The notes beneath the pieces were generated by a model, which saw only the letters and a list, made by a program, of their open reading frames with translations, did not search any database and was not told where the DNA came from. DNA of 64,000 nucleotides. Source: Saccostrea cucullata (taxonomy: Eukaryota). Shown one piece after another: positions 12,031-25,900 of the stretch. A program made the position numbers and the translations under genes. The number at the start of each line of letters is the position of its first letter. Within the stretch, counting starts at the first letter, position 1. The stretch covers positions 434,001-498,000 of the forward strand of contig NW_026939565.1 of NCBI RefSeq assembly GCF_032062105.1, read 5' to 3'.

Positions 12031-13551
12031 ATCGGGATTTTGGGATTCCTAACCCTCCGTCGGTACCTTTGTATTAGGGATACTATTCAAACAGATCTTT
12101 CCATCTAAATATTACATGCGTCAAATGTCATATTAAATGATACTTGTGAACATGCATTAAATTGAGATTTGCATGTCTGCTATATTTTTTGAATACTTGT
12201 TGACTGTTAAAATACTATAGAATTAACGGTTTAATTTTTCATTTATGTATACTTCTATTTTCTTATGAGATTGCAGTTTGCTTTAATTTTACTTTTAATT
12301 CTTTGTATCTAATGTGCAATAAAATTCTTTTATATTTATCAAATCCTTTTTATGTGTTGTTTTATTAATATTGTCAAAGGGTTTTCCGTCTACTTCTAAC
12401 GGTGAATCAAAGTAATAGGATATAAAAATTAGTCTTTTTTAAAAAAAAAAAAAAAAAAAGTTTTAACAAGAGGTCGAAGAGCTAACACGACATCCTGAAT
12501 GGTGCTTAGCCTGGAGTAGATACAGTTTGTAAGATGGATAAAAGATGATCAGGGATCATCAGATTATTAGTTTGTATCACCGTGTAGACTAAACCATTCA
12601 ACGGTGCATGTCTAAGCATTATTTATCATCACCTTTATTTATAAGGCTTAAATATACAATTTTTAAAATTTATCATTTGCAAGTCTATCTGACTATCAAA
12701 ATCTATAAACAAAAAAAAAAAAAACAACACTTTGTACATCTTATGATATTAATAAGCATTCCTGTATAATTCTCTTATTCAACTGATCTTTAATTTCATC
12801 ATACCCCCCCCCCCCTCCTTGCTTGAAAAGCAGGAGTGTATCAAGTGATCAGAATGTTGGTCCGCCTGTACGTCCGTCTGTTAACTCTTTGGGATACCCA
12901 TCTCTTATCCGCAATTATCTCCTTACACCACTGAATGAAATTTAATGAGACTTAAGAAAGAATCTCTGCTACATAGTGCATCGTGCACCTAGCTCCTATT
13001 TTACTTTTTGATCGGACACATATTTTGACTTTCCCAGAGCAAAAACATGGACAAGGCCATTCTTTCTATAATATTGAAGGGTATCCATCTCTTATCCTCA
13101 ACTCCTCCTACAACACTGAATAAAGTTTAGTGATATTTTAACATATTTTTTAATTACATAATGCCATTGTGACTTCTTATTTTACTTTTTGATCCAACAC
13201 ATATTTCGAGCCTCCTATAGCAAAACATGGACTTTGTCATTATAACCATATGGGATAATGGGAGACGGGAGTATCATTTAGTGAGCTCATTGCTCACAGT
13301 ACCTCTAGTTACACGTACATGTACTAGTATATCGTTGTTGCAGCGTGATGGTTTGGAAGTTTTGATTAACAGGGCCGGGTATATGCCAAAATTTGTAGAA
13401 AATGGACGCACAAAGAATTAAAGATAAGGAAGTAGGGGTACGGAAAACCGTGTAGATCTGTGTTTCCAGAGAATAAGCTGAAAATGTTCACAAGAGGTCG
13501 ATCTTCTCACCTGAGAATCGAGATGAGATGTATTTAAAACATTTTCATTCC

Positions 13552-14600
13552 CAAGGGCGGATCCAGGGGGGTTTGGGGGGGTTCGGGAAAAAACCCCCGC
13601 TCATTGATTTTTTTTTTTGACAAGTGTCATTTTATCGTTTTGTTGCATTGATAAGACTCTAATAAACATAAACCCTTTGTTTGTACAACTGTGAAATATA
13701 CATCAACTACATAACAGGAAATCACTTTCCGCTTGAACACACACGATACCAGGTAATCAACAGAGAGAGTGCCTCAGAGATCGGGTAGTCCGTGCATCTA
13801 GTGAAGTCACAAGATCACAGTACAATGTAGTTAGGTACCAACAACAGAAAACTGCATAGTTACGGTGCTGCTCAGTAATATTCTTTTGCTGATAAAATGC
13901 ATGATTTTTAAACTATGAATAAACTATTATTCAGGGGTTTTTTTTTACCGTTTTAAAATTAAATTAATATAATTTTTTTACAAAACCAGGTTGGCTTAGC
14001 AAACCCCTCTAGTTTTGACAGATTCTCCAGTTTATGTAATTTTTTTCTTCAGTTAAGACAGTTTGAAATTTCATTAATTGTACACGTGTGTTTATATTCC
14101 AAATCATATTGACAGTATATACTCGAGTAAGTTGAAAAGCACTAGTCAGGGATTCTGAAAATAATTCAATTTTTAATTTTTTTTTTAGTATTTAAAAATT
14201 TTGCACATTAGTTGTATCTTGGATGTCAGCTTGACATAGGACTAAATTAATTGTAGGTGCATTTAAAGTAAACTAAGACAACTTGAAGTCAATTGCTTGC
14301 ATTCCTAAAATTGTCAGATTTAACATTTTTTTAAGAAAAGTCTTAAGTCTTGTGTTAAAGTTAAATTAAATTGAAAACATTTTATTAAAAATTTGTGATG
14401 ATCGGTCTTTAAAAAAGCTACAAAAAGTACCCCAAAAATGCTGGAAAATGCACCATTTAGAACCATTTAAAACAAAATTTTCTCACATTTTCCCGAACCC
14501 CCACCTATGGGAGGGGGACACCCCCTCCCATGCCCTCCCCCTTCGGCCCTTTGGGCCTCAACCCCCCCCCCCCCCACATGAACTTCCGGATCCGCCACTG
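13552..14600. mobile_element. Non-autonomous DNA transposon, 5-bp TSD
   Basis: TIRs CAAGGGCGGATCC / GGATCCGCCACTG; ATTCC on both sides; G-rich left and C-rich right subtermini. Confidence 0.8.
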
Positions 14601-14971
14601 ATTCCATGCGCTTAAAATGAACTTACGTACTAATCATATAATATTGTCCCAGTAGGATTTAGGGGAGGGGGCAATAGCGTCATTTACACTTGAAAAGTCC
14701 AGCATCAACCATCAGGGGTGGGGGGGGGGTTCTTTTGTTGTATATAAAGCTTCATAAATCTGAAGAAATGCTGATATTTTCCTGAAAAAAAAATTCGTCT
14801 GACTCAGGGTTTTAGGTCACATAAAAAAGTGTCACATTAAAAGTCATATAAACATTCAATAGAAAATCCGCATCACGAGTTATTTCCCTTCCATGTTACT
14901 CTCCTTTCTTTGAAGATACAAAAGTATCTCCGTGACTAGCAATTTCGGAAAAGAAAAGGTTCTCAAAAACC

Positions 14972-17591
14972 ATGATGATGAACAATCTGTCGTCTACACC
15001 AGATTGGCTTCGTGCCGAGCACGAAACGGGGGTAAAATATTGCTTTTTGAAGAAGTATTACTAATTTAAACTTTGATACCAATCGTTATGACAAATAATA
15101 GAAGCTTTCAAGAGGAGAGGGAAGACACTGACTCAGTGACTGACTGAGGGAGTAATTTCTCTGTATCGTGTATGTTACAGTTATGCTATATTGTCTGTTG
15201 GTTATTTTTGTTGATAATGATTGTTTTTAATTTTTATTCTAGACAACAATTATGGCTGTGGAATACAGTGATGGGGTCGTTATTGGTGCAGACTCTAGAA
15301 CAACAACAGGGTATGCCTCATTTAGTGATACACAGACAGAACAATATAAATCATATATAATCTTTATACTTGCAATAACTTTGCTGAAATTACATGTAGC
15401 TACAAAAAAAATGTCAGCCTACAATAATTATATTTGTTGTCTACAAACCTGAGCAAATTTTTATAAGAAATAGTGCCATTATCAAAATTATCATATCATG
15501 AATGATAGGAATATATTTGAAAATTGAAGTATCAGGTTCATCATGTTCATATGCCCTCTCTTCCTGTTCATATGGTTCAGTTCGCTTAGAGTTTTCTCCA
15601 TAATTCCCATTCACCCAAGTATACAACCATCATCCAAATATTTCCAGTTTGTGGCTCTGCCCAATTATGTATTTTACATGTAGATATACATGTATTTTGA
15701 GGAGGATCTTGAAGTACACAGAAGGATTTTATTTCAAATTTGCAATAAATTTTCAACTAACATATGAATTTACCCTTTTAGTGCATACATAGCCAACAGA
15801 GTGACAGACAAACTAACAAAGGTGACAGACCTGATTTACTGCTGTCGCTCAGGCTCAGCTGCGGATACACAGGCTGTGGCAGATATTGTGAATTATCATC
15901 TTAACTTTCACAAGTAAGTGTTTTAATTACATAATGAAAATACTGCAACAGAAACTAAACCAGCAAGCAGTGCACTGGTTAAGCATGTCTGCCATCTTTG
16001 TCTGTGCCCTAACTTGCCTGAAAGGCTGCTTAAAGTAAATGTTATGTTTTGGGGGGCCCCAACAGTGTGAAATTTATTACATGCGTGATACTTTTATTTT
16101 TCAGGATGGATACAGGAGAAGAGCCAAAAGTCAAAACTGCAGCCAACATTTTCAGAGAATTATGCTACAACAACAGGGATAATTTATCTGCAGGGATCAT
16201 TGTAGCAGGCTGGGACAAGAGTGAGGGGGGACAGGTATGTGTCTGTATAATCTTACTTATGATGGAATGGAGCTTTTCTGATCAATAACATGGCTAAGTA
16301 TTGTTTATGTGACAGTTTTGTTTTCATTTTTAACTTGCATCTGACAAATTGTTCTGAACTAAAATATTTCAAACAATCATGCTTAATACATCTTGAATCA
16401 AACAAATTTTCATCCTCTTACCCTTCTTTTTCAGCAATACATTAACTAGAGAACTAAAGACTGTTTATTATGCATTAATTTAACATACGAAAATATATTT
16501 ATATAGGAGACTACTGATTCTGGATAGTGATTAAGTTCTTCAGATGCATTTATGTAGAATAACTCAACTTGGTCAAAACCATTATTGTGCTCCTCGAATA
16601 GTCTTCGGACTTCCCCATGAATGCATGCACAGGATTATCATTATTTCTCAGTCGCAAACATTTCCAAGTTTGATTCATGGATTTAGATTTTTGCAGTTAT
16701 GTTTTGGGCAACTCATCAATTAGCAAATCTGTTCTATTGTTTGTAAATTATTTTTTTTTCATGTTTTTTTTTTTTTATTAATTCATCTTACACAATACTG
16801 ACTTTTCGTTAAACTTGCAGCATAAATTCTTGGATTCTTTTCTTTTCCTAATTTAAAAGTTTATTATAATTTACAAGTATATCTCTTTGGAACAGGTATT
16901 TGCTATTCCATTGGGTGGGATGTTGACTCGCATGCCATTTACAACAGGTGGATCTGGTAGCACCTACATCTATGGATATGTTGACTCAAATTTCAAAACT
17001 GGCATGTCTAAGGAAGAATGTCTAAAGTTTGTTGCCAATGGTAAGTTTAAAGTACACAGTAATCACAGTAGTACTTTATAAATTTTAGCTTTTGGCTTAG
17101 TGCATCAAGCTGAAGTTTGCACAGTGAAAAATTACAGCAAAGCCTCTTTAAGGGTAGGACTCTCTTGAACATATAGAGAAATCTTTGAGAGAAGTTATAT
17201 CCCTTTGATTATTCTGTCAAAATATGATTAACAGATCAGAACTGCATTACTTGTGTTAAAGCAGTTGCGCATCTTGCATTAAATACTTTTACTTAATAAC
17301 ACATGGTATATCTAAGACACGTGTTTAACTGTCCATCACATGAAATAAAAGAATATAGTGTCCTACATAATGAAAGAATATATAGTGTCCTAATATATGG
17401 TATCCTTTACATTGAGGGAAATTGTCTTGTCCAGTGCTTAATCTATTACTTGTTTTCTAGGGCTGTCCTTGGCGATGAGCAGAGATGGCAGTAGTGGTGG
17501 GGTGGTCAGGCTAGCCTCAATCACTAAAGACGGTGTGGAGAGATTTGTACTGACGGGAGACCAGATACCCAAATTTTATGAAGATTACTAG
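14972..17591 (+). CDS. PSMB6: Proteasome subunit beta type-6 (beta1), 221 aa
   Basis: Exons 14972-15031, 15243-15310, 15782-15913, 16105-16234, 16896-17040, 17461-17591. Propeptide [11 protein letters not shown] then catalytic [23 protein letters not shown]; [30 protein letters not shown]. Confidence 0.97.
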
Positions 17592-18361
17592 TGTCTGACT
17601 TTGACGATCTTTATTATTTTTTGAACAACTAGTGCTCTCTCATTTTTTTTTGTCAACTCATCTCATTGTTTATGTAATAAACATAGTGCAAAATTCAAAG
17701 AGTTGGTTTACTTTGCAAAAATTCAAAAGTGATCATAGGACATGCCTGCTAAGTATTGAAGAGAAATTCAAAAGAAAGCCCTAGCACCAACTGTTAAAAA
17801 ATTATGGCAGCATGAGTTCAATACTCAAAACATGACATACAATTTAAATGTGGAGGAAGTATTTTTCATGCAATATTAGATTTTCATTACTTATTACATG
17901 TATGTGTAATGCATTTGGGAGGGGGGCATTTCTGATGAAATCTATTGTAAATAATTTAAGCTTGAGCTGAGCAAACATTTACTATGAAATGTCAAATTTT
18001 CTAAGGGGTTTAATTTTTGTTGTTTTTAAGGAATGAAGGGATTCATGAATTCATGTCCACCACGAAATGTAAAATATAATATACATAACTACTCAACAAT
18101 TCATCCACAAATTCAAATCCCCACAAATCAAGAGCATTTCTTCAAACAATGAAAATTTTACCCCATGAAAATATGTGATTTTACAGTTTTTGAATTTCAT
18201 CTTAAATTTCCCTTCTTTTATTTGTACAATTGGATTATCACAAAAGTTAAAAAGATAATTCTGTTAATTTCTTTCTTTTTTATTTTGTCACAAAGTAGTA
18301 AATAAGATTGTGTATTATGACATGACAAAAGATTAAAACAAACTTCCTAGCCCAGTTTTCA

Positions 18362-21300
18362 TCAGCTAATATGTGCTTTGACTACACCTAGTTTTGTCTG
18401 AATTAAAACACTACTTGTTAAGTCCCTTCCTTTACTCTGATGTCTCTGTTTCAAAGATTCCTTATCATAATCCTGTATTTTTGACTTTGTCTGTGAGGTA
18501 CTTGACAATTCTTGAAGTGTAGAAGAGTTATCATTAGAACTGCATTTAACCAACATTTCCTTGAGAATGTTTATATTGGCTAAAAGCTGGATATAAGGGT
18601 TGTCCAAGGAACATTCCTCTAGCATTCCTACAAAGTCAAGATCAAGACAATTAATATCAATCTTAAATCAAACTTTTCTAGTCTGATTGTAAAAGCCCTT
18701 ACTTTCATCATCACACTCAATGTCCTGTAGGAATAGTCCCTGGGGCATCATTGTGTGGGTGTCTGTGGCTCTATAGAATGCTATGTTATCTTTTTGTGAT
18801 AGTGTCTGTCCAGACATAAACCTCCTCAATAGGTCCAGGCTGTATTGTCCCTGTGCATACCCCACCATGAGACCCACCATACGACGAATCTGTCCAAACA
18901 TCAATTTTAGAATGGAATCTTGGGTTAGCCATTTATCTGTGGCATTGTAATAACAATTATAAATTTGTGGTGTTTTCTGGTCTAAGATTGAGAGCTTGTG
19001 TTTTATGTTTTGTGAAACGGAATGTGCCATAAAATTGAAGAAAATTTCCATAAAATGAGAAAATTTGAAAAATGACATAGGTTTCAGCCATATTAGTGTG
19101 ACTGCTAACAAATACCAGATTTTTCAAACCTGTTTATAAATGTAGGATTGGGACTTGAAATGAATTTCCCATAATTCCAGTTGCTGTGCTAACTGAGGTT
19201 GGAGAGCCAGTAACATTGGATGGCCGCGCCCCACCTCTATCTGGACGTCCCTTATGTATGACTTATTGCCCTGCAGTTTCTTTTCCATCTCTCTGTGTCC
19301 AGCTATTGGTGTACAGTTATAAATGTTGTTAACCCCTGACAGTACCTCAGCACCTTCAATCAATTTATCAACACAGAATGGAGGACTACCAAAAAAGAAA
19401 GATGAAATTGGAATGAAAATCTTGTGAGTTATTGAAAGAGACATGTCTCTATTTAGTTAAAATCTGAAAGAAAAGATAGAAAGATAGAGAGAGGGAGGTA
19501 GGATCAAACTATTATTATCTCAGTTCAAAGGGTAAATCCCTCTTTTTCAACACTAAAAAGTTATATATTAAATATATGACATAGAAGGCCATTCTCAGCA
19601 CTTTACAGATATACTTTCTGATATTCATTAAAAAATTCTTTGAAAATCTTTCTCATTTAATGTTAGCATCTTTACCTTGAAAATGCTTATTGTATAAGGA
19701 AATGATCACATTACATTTTGAAAAGTTTTTTTTTTAATTTATCAAAAGTTACAAGCACGGTATATATACATGTGTACATGTATATAGGTTTGATGTACAT
19801 TTACCTTAGAGTTGTGCAGGTTTTGTCATGAAATATAATTCCTGTCCCCTGCCTCGGGAGAGCATTACATTTTATACTGTCTATTGTGTTGCCCTGTGAG
19901 ACTGGAACCTGTAATTCTTTATAAACAGCCAGGCGATACACATACACCCGCTGTTTTATAAACTCTGCTCCATACCTGAAGAAGGGTATCTCCTGGATGT
20001 TTTGTACTCTGAAAAATGAAATAAATTCCTGGAACTTTGAATAAGCTCTTGATCTGGACAGATACCTTAATTCAGTATTGATTTTAAGGAGATTTTATTT
20101 AAAAGAGAAGTAAACAAAATTTTCATATCTAGGGCACATGGTGCAAGCAGAAACATTTATCTAGAATAACATGTAATTATCAGCAGAAGAAAATCATACA
20201 GTCCAGTGTGGCCATATAACTCACACTTCCCATTTATCATAAACTTTTTGCTCAATTAAATATTTCTTTAGGGTGTTTAAAATTTAAAACAATAACAATT
20301 TCTGAACTTTTTTTGTATTGGGGAAGGTGGGTAAATAATTTATTTTTGCATGAATTAAAAAGTTTTCTTCTGTTAATTTGTAATATCACCCATGAACAAA
20401 ATTAAAAATATTTCAAAATAAAAACAACTTAAAGTTGTTTTTATTTTGAAATATTTTTAATTTTGTTCAAATACCTGATTTCTTCTTTTTCTTTTTTTAA
20501 ATGATAATTCAAAGAATATGCAAGTTGTTTGACATCTACAACAGCTTTTCTACAAGTGTAAAATAATATTGTTGCAAATTTTCATGAAAATTGAATTGCT
20601 AAGGGCATTAACAACATATTTATAACATGGTATCAAAAATGACTTACAGAGATTACTATATTAAATTTGGTAAATAACCTAAATATGCACTAGTCTTATT
20701 CAATATTTAACAAATAATACAGTTGAACTTCGGTATGTCGAACTCCGATATCTCAAATACCATGGATATGTCGAAGTGATTTGGAAGTCCCATCCACATA
20801 TTCTTTCTTTAACCTTGGATGTCTCGAATCCTCGGATATCTCAAAGTTTTTTCTCGGTCCCATCAGGGCGAGATAACGAAGTTTGACTGTATTTAGAAAC
20901 CAATGGTACATGTACTGTGTATCAAAAATGATTTTTGTTTATAATGTTTACCCATACATCACTTTGTAGATGATCATCCCATGATAAGGCAAAACAAAAA
21001 AATATGTGTGGTTCCCATTACACCTCCAAAAATAATTAAGGTATGTAGGTATGGATTTTTTTAAAAATATTTTTTTTACAAATTGTTTTTCAAAATTTTT
21101 CCTTTAATAATACCTATCACTACTTTGCAGGTGGCATTTAGATGTGGTGTGATAAGATACTAGTCAACATTGGTGGGTGCCTAGTAATCAAACAAATATT
21201 TTCAAATCAAAAATATTATAAATACAAACTTTTTTTTGGTATTTAGAAAAAAAAGTTGGAGTTGAACATCCTTTTTTTAAATCCAAGTTTATAAATGAAA

Positions 21301-22611
21301 TTAATTGCTTTTATGCAGGGTAATTTTTAGTCTATTCAATAATAAATTTAGAACAATAAACATGATACAATAGACAATGGACAGCGTATTGCTAAGAGCT
21401 GTCAGAAGAATGTGGCAAGGAGAACGCCCTTGCTGAAACAAAAACAAATACCCGATGACGGAAAAAGAGAAAGTTCTAGAAAAAATATTGAAATTGCCAA
21501 AAAGAAGTTAGGGTCTGGGGTGTAAAATAGGGAAGGTCAGGTAACCAGAACCACACATATTTGTTTTAATTGGCCTAAGTAAAAGCAGAACTTTATATAT
21601 ATATTTTGCTACATACAATAATCAACCTACTTTATTTAAAATAGAGTCAAGAACTCTGTCCTTCAACCAGTTATAACCTAATAATCATTACAATGGAGTT
21701 TTGTTGTTGGAGTCCTTAAATACATGTAGCAATTATAGCAATGCTAAACACTCCTGTTTTGTATATAAATTAATTGTAACATATTCCAGAAATAATAAAA
21801 TAATTGATTCCATCATGTGCCTAAGTGATAAGTCAAAGAAAAAACACAATAACTGGAACTTACTTATCATAGAGAATTAATTTGATGATATTGGACATTC
21901 CATGAACACCTGCATCAGTGCGACTTGTTGATCTTAGTTGAAAATTATTCCCATATACTTCTTTGAGAAATTTCTGTAAAAATCATTGCACAATTCTTCA
22001 GGGAGAAATAACTTCTTAGAAATCTACCTCTGAATATAATATTATATAGCGTGTATATATTTTTTGTCCATACAATACATGTATGTTGTTAACTGTTAAA
22101 TTATTTATCAATGTGCAGTTTAACAATTATTTAATGACCTTCAAGTATGACATTCACCTGAATTTTCCTAAATGTGTTATTAATCATACTTACCTTGTAT
22201 GTATCTCATAGTAACATATAAATTTAATTAATAATATTAGTTGTGTCCATGATTATTTTCTTTAATTGTCATTTAAATATTGAGTATGCTTGAATTTCAT
22301 TTCCTTTTTTAAACTATTTTTTTTTTTTGGTCACTTACAGAAACAGCTGACTCAACTGTCTTCACATCTGGATTAAAAGAAACCCCTCTGAAATAATAAA
22401 CATGTACGCTTGAATTAAAAAAAAAAACTAGTATGTATTGTATGGACTTTTGTGCAACATTACACGTGCTTGTTTGTTTTGTTGTGTTTTTTTCTGTACA
22501 GTATTCTAAACATTGTGTTTTTTTAAACTTTGGTCTGCTTTAAAGTTACCTGTATTCTGTACCATCATAGGATAAACGAATGAAAAATCGCCGTGTAACT
22601 CCTCTGATCAT
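18362..22611 (-). CDS. PUSL1: tRNA pseudouridine synthase-like 1 (TruA family), ~402 aa
   Basis: Exons 22611-22550, 22387-22339, 21973-21864, 20549-20475, 20008-19805, 19385-19130, 18889-18703, 18627-18362 with consistent phases; motifs LSYDGTEY, SRTDAGVH, RVYVYRL, YKQIRRMVG, PQGLFL. Orthology to PUSL1 inferred from motif pattern. Confidence 0.85.
20720..20889. mobile_element. Tc1/mariner(pogo)-type MITE
   Basis: TA-CAGTTGAACTTCG ... CGAAGTTTGACTG-TA. Confidence 0.75.
20988..21575. mobile_element. MITE with TAA TSD (Harbinger-like)
   Basis: GGCAAAACAAAAAAATATGTGTGGTTC / GAACCACACATATTTGTTTTAATTGGCC imperfect TIRs, TAA on both sides. Confidence 0.6.
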
Positions 22612-22942
22612 ACCATTCACTGTTTCGGTTGCTGGCTTGGAAAATGTGTGACAACTTTCAGTTTGCAAAAATGAAAGTAGAATGGACTCAACGTGATGAC
22701 AGAAGTTTTTATAATCAGAATAAGATCTTTATCAGTATAAAAATTGTTCTTTCCGTACTTATTTACCATGTTGGTTTTTTAGAATTGTTTGAAATCCAAA
22801 CATTATTCAAGGTAATAATATTGGGCTTTTGAATCGGGCTCGAAAGACACATAATTGTAAATCACGCGCCTGATTTGAAAATTGAAACTAAACAAGTACC
22901 GTATTTATTGAAGTTTCAAGTGACTTATGTTTTTACTAAACC
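22612..22942. promoter_or_regulatory. Bidirectional promoter between PUSL1-like and SPDL1
   Basis: Divergent ATGs only ~330 bp apart; CHR-like TTTGAA at 22788, 22828 and 22874. Confidence 0.65.
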
Positions 22943-25900
22943 ATGGATGAAACAGAGGTAGGATTGTTTTTAGTCTTTTATTTGAATTTGATCACATTCG
23001 TTCCTCAGTTATAACGTTCAAAACATTCAATAAATAGTCTTGGAGCAGATCACGAGTACTTGTGGACAGGAACACCCCCCTATTTTCAACCCCGGGGCTT
23101 ATTGGACATTTTTTTTTTTTTTTTTACAAATTATGTTTATAAAATAAGAGAGAGATCTCTTATAGTGGGGTCTTTTTTGTGGAGCGATTATTTTTGTTTT
23201 TTTTACGATTTTTTCCTATTGAAAACATGATGAATAAGTGTAATGAATATATGTGGAAAAAAATGTCCAACAAGCCCCGGGGTTGAATATTGTCATGCTT
23301 GTTATCCGGGGAAGGGGGGGGGGGTCCTGTCCACAAGTACCTGTGGAGCAGATAACATATCCACATATCATAGAGAAGATATCAAATGTGGTGGTCAGCC
23401 GGGTTCGATTGCCGGTGGCCAGATAGCTTAGTCGGTAGAGCACCTGACCGGAGTTTCAGGGGACCTGGGTTCAAATCCCGGTCTGGTCCGCTGTATTTTC
23501 TTATCTCACGTTACATTTGGTGCCGTGACCAGGATGAGCCTGAGTTGGGGGTCTTTGGAGGGCCAAAGACCTTTAAGGAGGGACGAATGTGACAGTCAGC
23601 CGGGTTCGTTCCCCGATGACCAGATAGCTCAGTTGGTAGAGCACCTGACTGCAGTTTCAGGGGGCCCAGGTTCAAATCCCAGTCTGGTCCGCTGCATTTT
23701 CTCCTCTCCTGTTACACAATAGCAATAAATAATATGTACTTGCTCTTTACAATCATGTTAATACACATGTACTTATTTTTAACAATGTAAATCCCGTTAT
23801 GACACATTTTTATTTTTTAGGAGCTAAGACAAGAAGTCTATTCCTTGAAAAATAAGTTATCATCTGCTGTAAGCCAGGAGGCATGGTACCATGAGGAAAT
23901 CGCACAGCTTCAGACGATGAGGAAACAAGATTTAGATATACAAGATGCCCTTAAAGAAGAAGTGGTTAGATTACAAAGAAAGGTATTTTTATATCAAGAA
24001 TATTGGAAACCCCAAAGTCATCTTTCCGACATCGTCTCAAGCCACGGTCCAGATTCCGCATATAGCTCTTTCCTACCCGTGGCTGCTTGACCACAAAAAG
24101 TGTCGTAATCTTTAATATTCATGCCTCTCTATTGTGACATCATATTCAGTCTATGACAAGTTTTGTTTCCATCGCAATTGAAATCAACAATTTTCATCAG
24201 CAGTATACAAGAAATATTTGTGCACTGCGATTGGGTATTGAAAGGTCACATCAAAGTTCATTATCCGACTATGCTTTACTTGCATTGGTCAATATTTTAA
24301 TGAACTACGAGATATTCTCTCCTCATTCAACCACGGCCAGAATGGGAGAGGATCGTACATTTTGGCCGTGGTTTGCGACAATGTCTTTCCGAAAGTCACA
24401 AAGTGAAATGAAGTCCATGTGTCATGCTTGTTTTTTTATGCAGCTGTATTTTATATAAATTTTATTTAGTCAGTTTCTTTTAATGCAGCAAACAGCAGCT
24501 TTAAATAAAAATTGAGTGTGGTTTAATTGTAGATAGGGACCTTGGAAGAAGATATTGATCAACATAAATCTTCAGAGAACAATTTGAGATCTCAGGTTCA
24601 GTCTCTGGAGAAGTTAGTGGAGAGCAATAAGACGATTAACGAGACACTGTCTCACTCCATTATGACAGAGGATAACACACAGCTAATGAATGAATTATGT
24701 TCTCTACAGAATGAAAATGTAAGAACTTAATCACAGTGGTGTGAGTGCGAGTAATATATAGTATCTTTTGAGTTGCAATGATTGTTTTTATGTGGATAAT
24801 TTTTTTAAAAATATTTATTTTGTGTATAAAGTTAAGCACTTACAATAAACCCTAATTTCAAAGAAGGGACAGTCAGTTATTTTGGCTACATGTATATAAT
24901 GTTACATCTGAAATTCATAATATCCTGTCTGCAACCTGAATAAAAACATATGTTTGTTAATATGCTCCAAAATTCTGATAGTTGCTGTACAGCGACCATC
25001 AGAATTTTGGAGCGTAACAAAGATTTGATTTTTTAAAATCAGATTGATCCTGTCTGTTACAAAAAATATAAGTATGTTACTCACTGTACATGTACTTGTT
25101 ATTGAAATTTAATGCAACTACAGTGTATTTATAAATATATGGAGTACAGATGTAATGAATGATTTTTTCAGATGCAGCTAAAAGGTGACCTCATTGAAAT
25201 GAGACATGATTGTCAAAGTGCAACAATAGAACTAGAGAATCTGAAACAAAAAATGGTGAACAAGGAGCAAGAAATGGAGGAACTACAGTGTCAGATCACT
25301 ACATATGTCAACACAATCGAGGTATAAAGTCAGGCCATGCTGTTGTAACCAGATAACCATTTTATATTCTTATTGCTCTGATAAATCAAAGTTGTGTATT
25401 TTCATGTACATGTAAAAGAAAAAAGTTGAACAAGTATAAATCCCTTTTTTTCTGAACATCTTTCAGAAATGTCGGACAGAAATCATGGATTTGAATGCAC
25501 AGATTGATGTTTTACAAATGGAGTCTCAGACCCAATCTTGTAAAGGAAACTCTCTATTTTCTGAGGTACTACACTCTATATGATAAATGTATTCCAATGG
25601 AAGTAACTTTAATCTTTTTTAAAAATAGAATTTGCTTGCATAATAATGTATTATTTTATTTAAGGTTGAAGATAGAAGGGTTAAAGCTGAAAAATTAGTA
25701 AAGAAATATCAACTTTCTAACCAGCAGCTGAATCAACAAATACATAAATTAAAGGTAAGCCTAGTGCATGTGTTGTGGAAAACATTTTATGATTATCATT
25801 AAGATTATTTTCCACTGGGTCTGAATTAATATTTTTTATCAACCTTGATGGCTTGCTAAATTTATTTACATATAAGAGTACAGGTAGTCAGTATATAAAT

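Noticed and set aside
19386-19464. Longer PUSL1 exon using the acceptor near 19464, or the 19444 ATG
   Set aside because: That acceptor gives an immediate in-frame TAA; the 19385 acceptor keeps the frame.
23417-23690. Two functional tRNA genes or a SINE dimer
   Set aside because: 8-nt anticodon loops, a mismatched T-stem in the second copy, and both lie inside LTRs with PBS and PPT.
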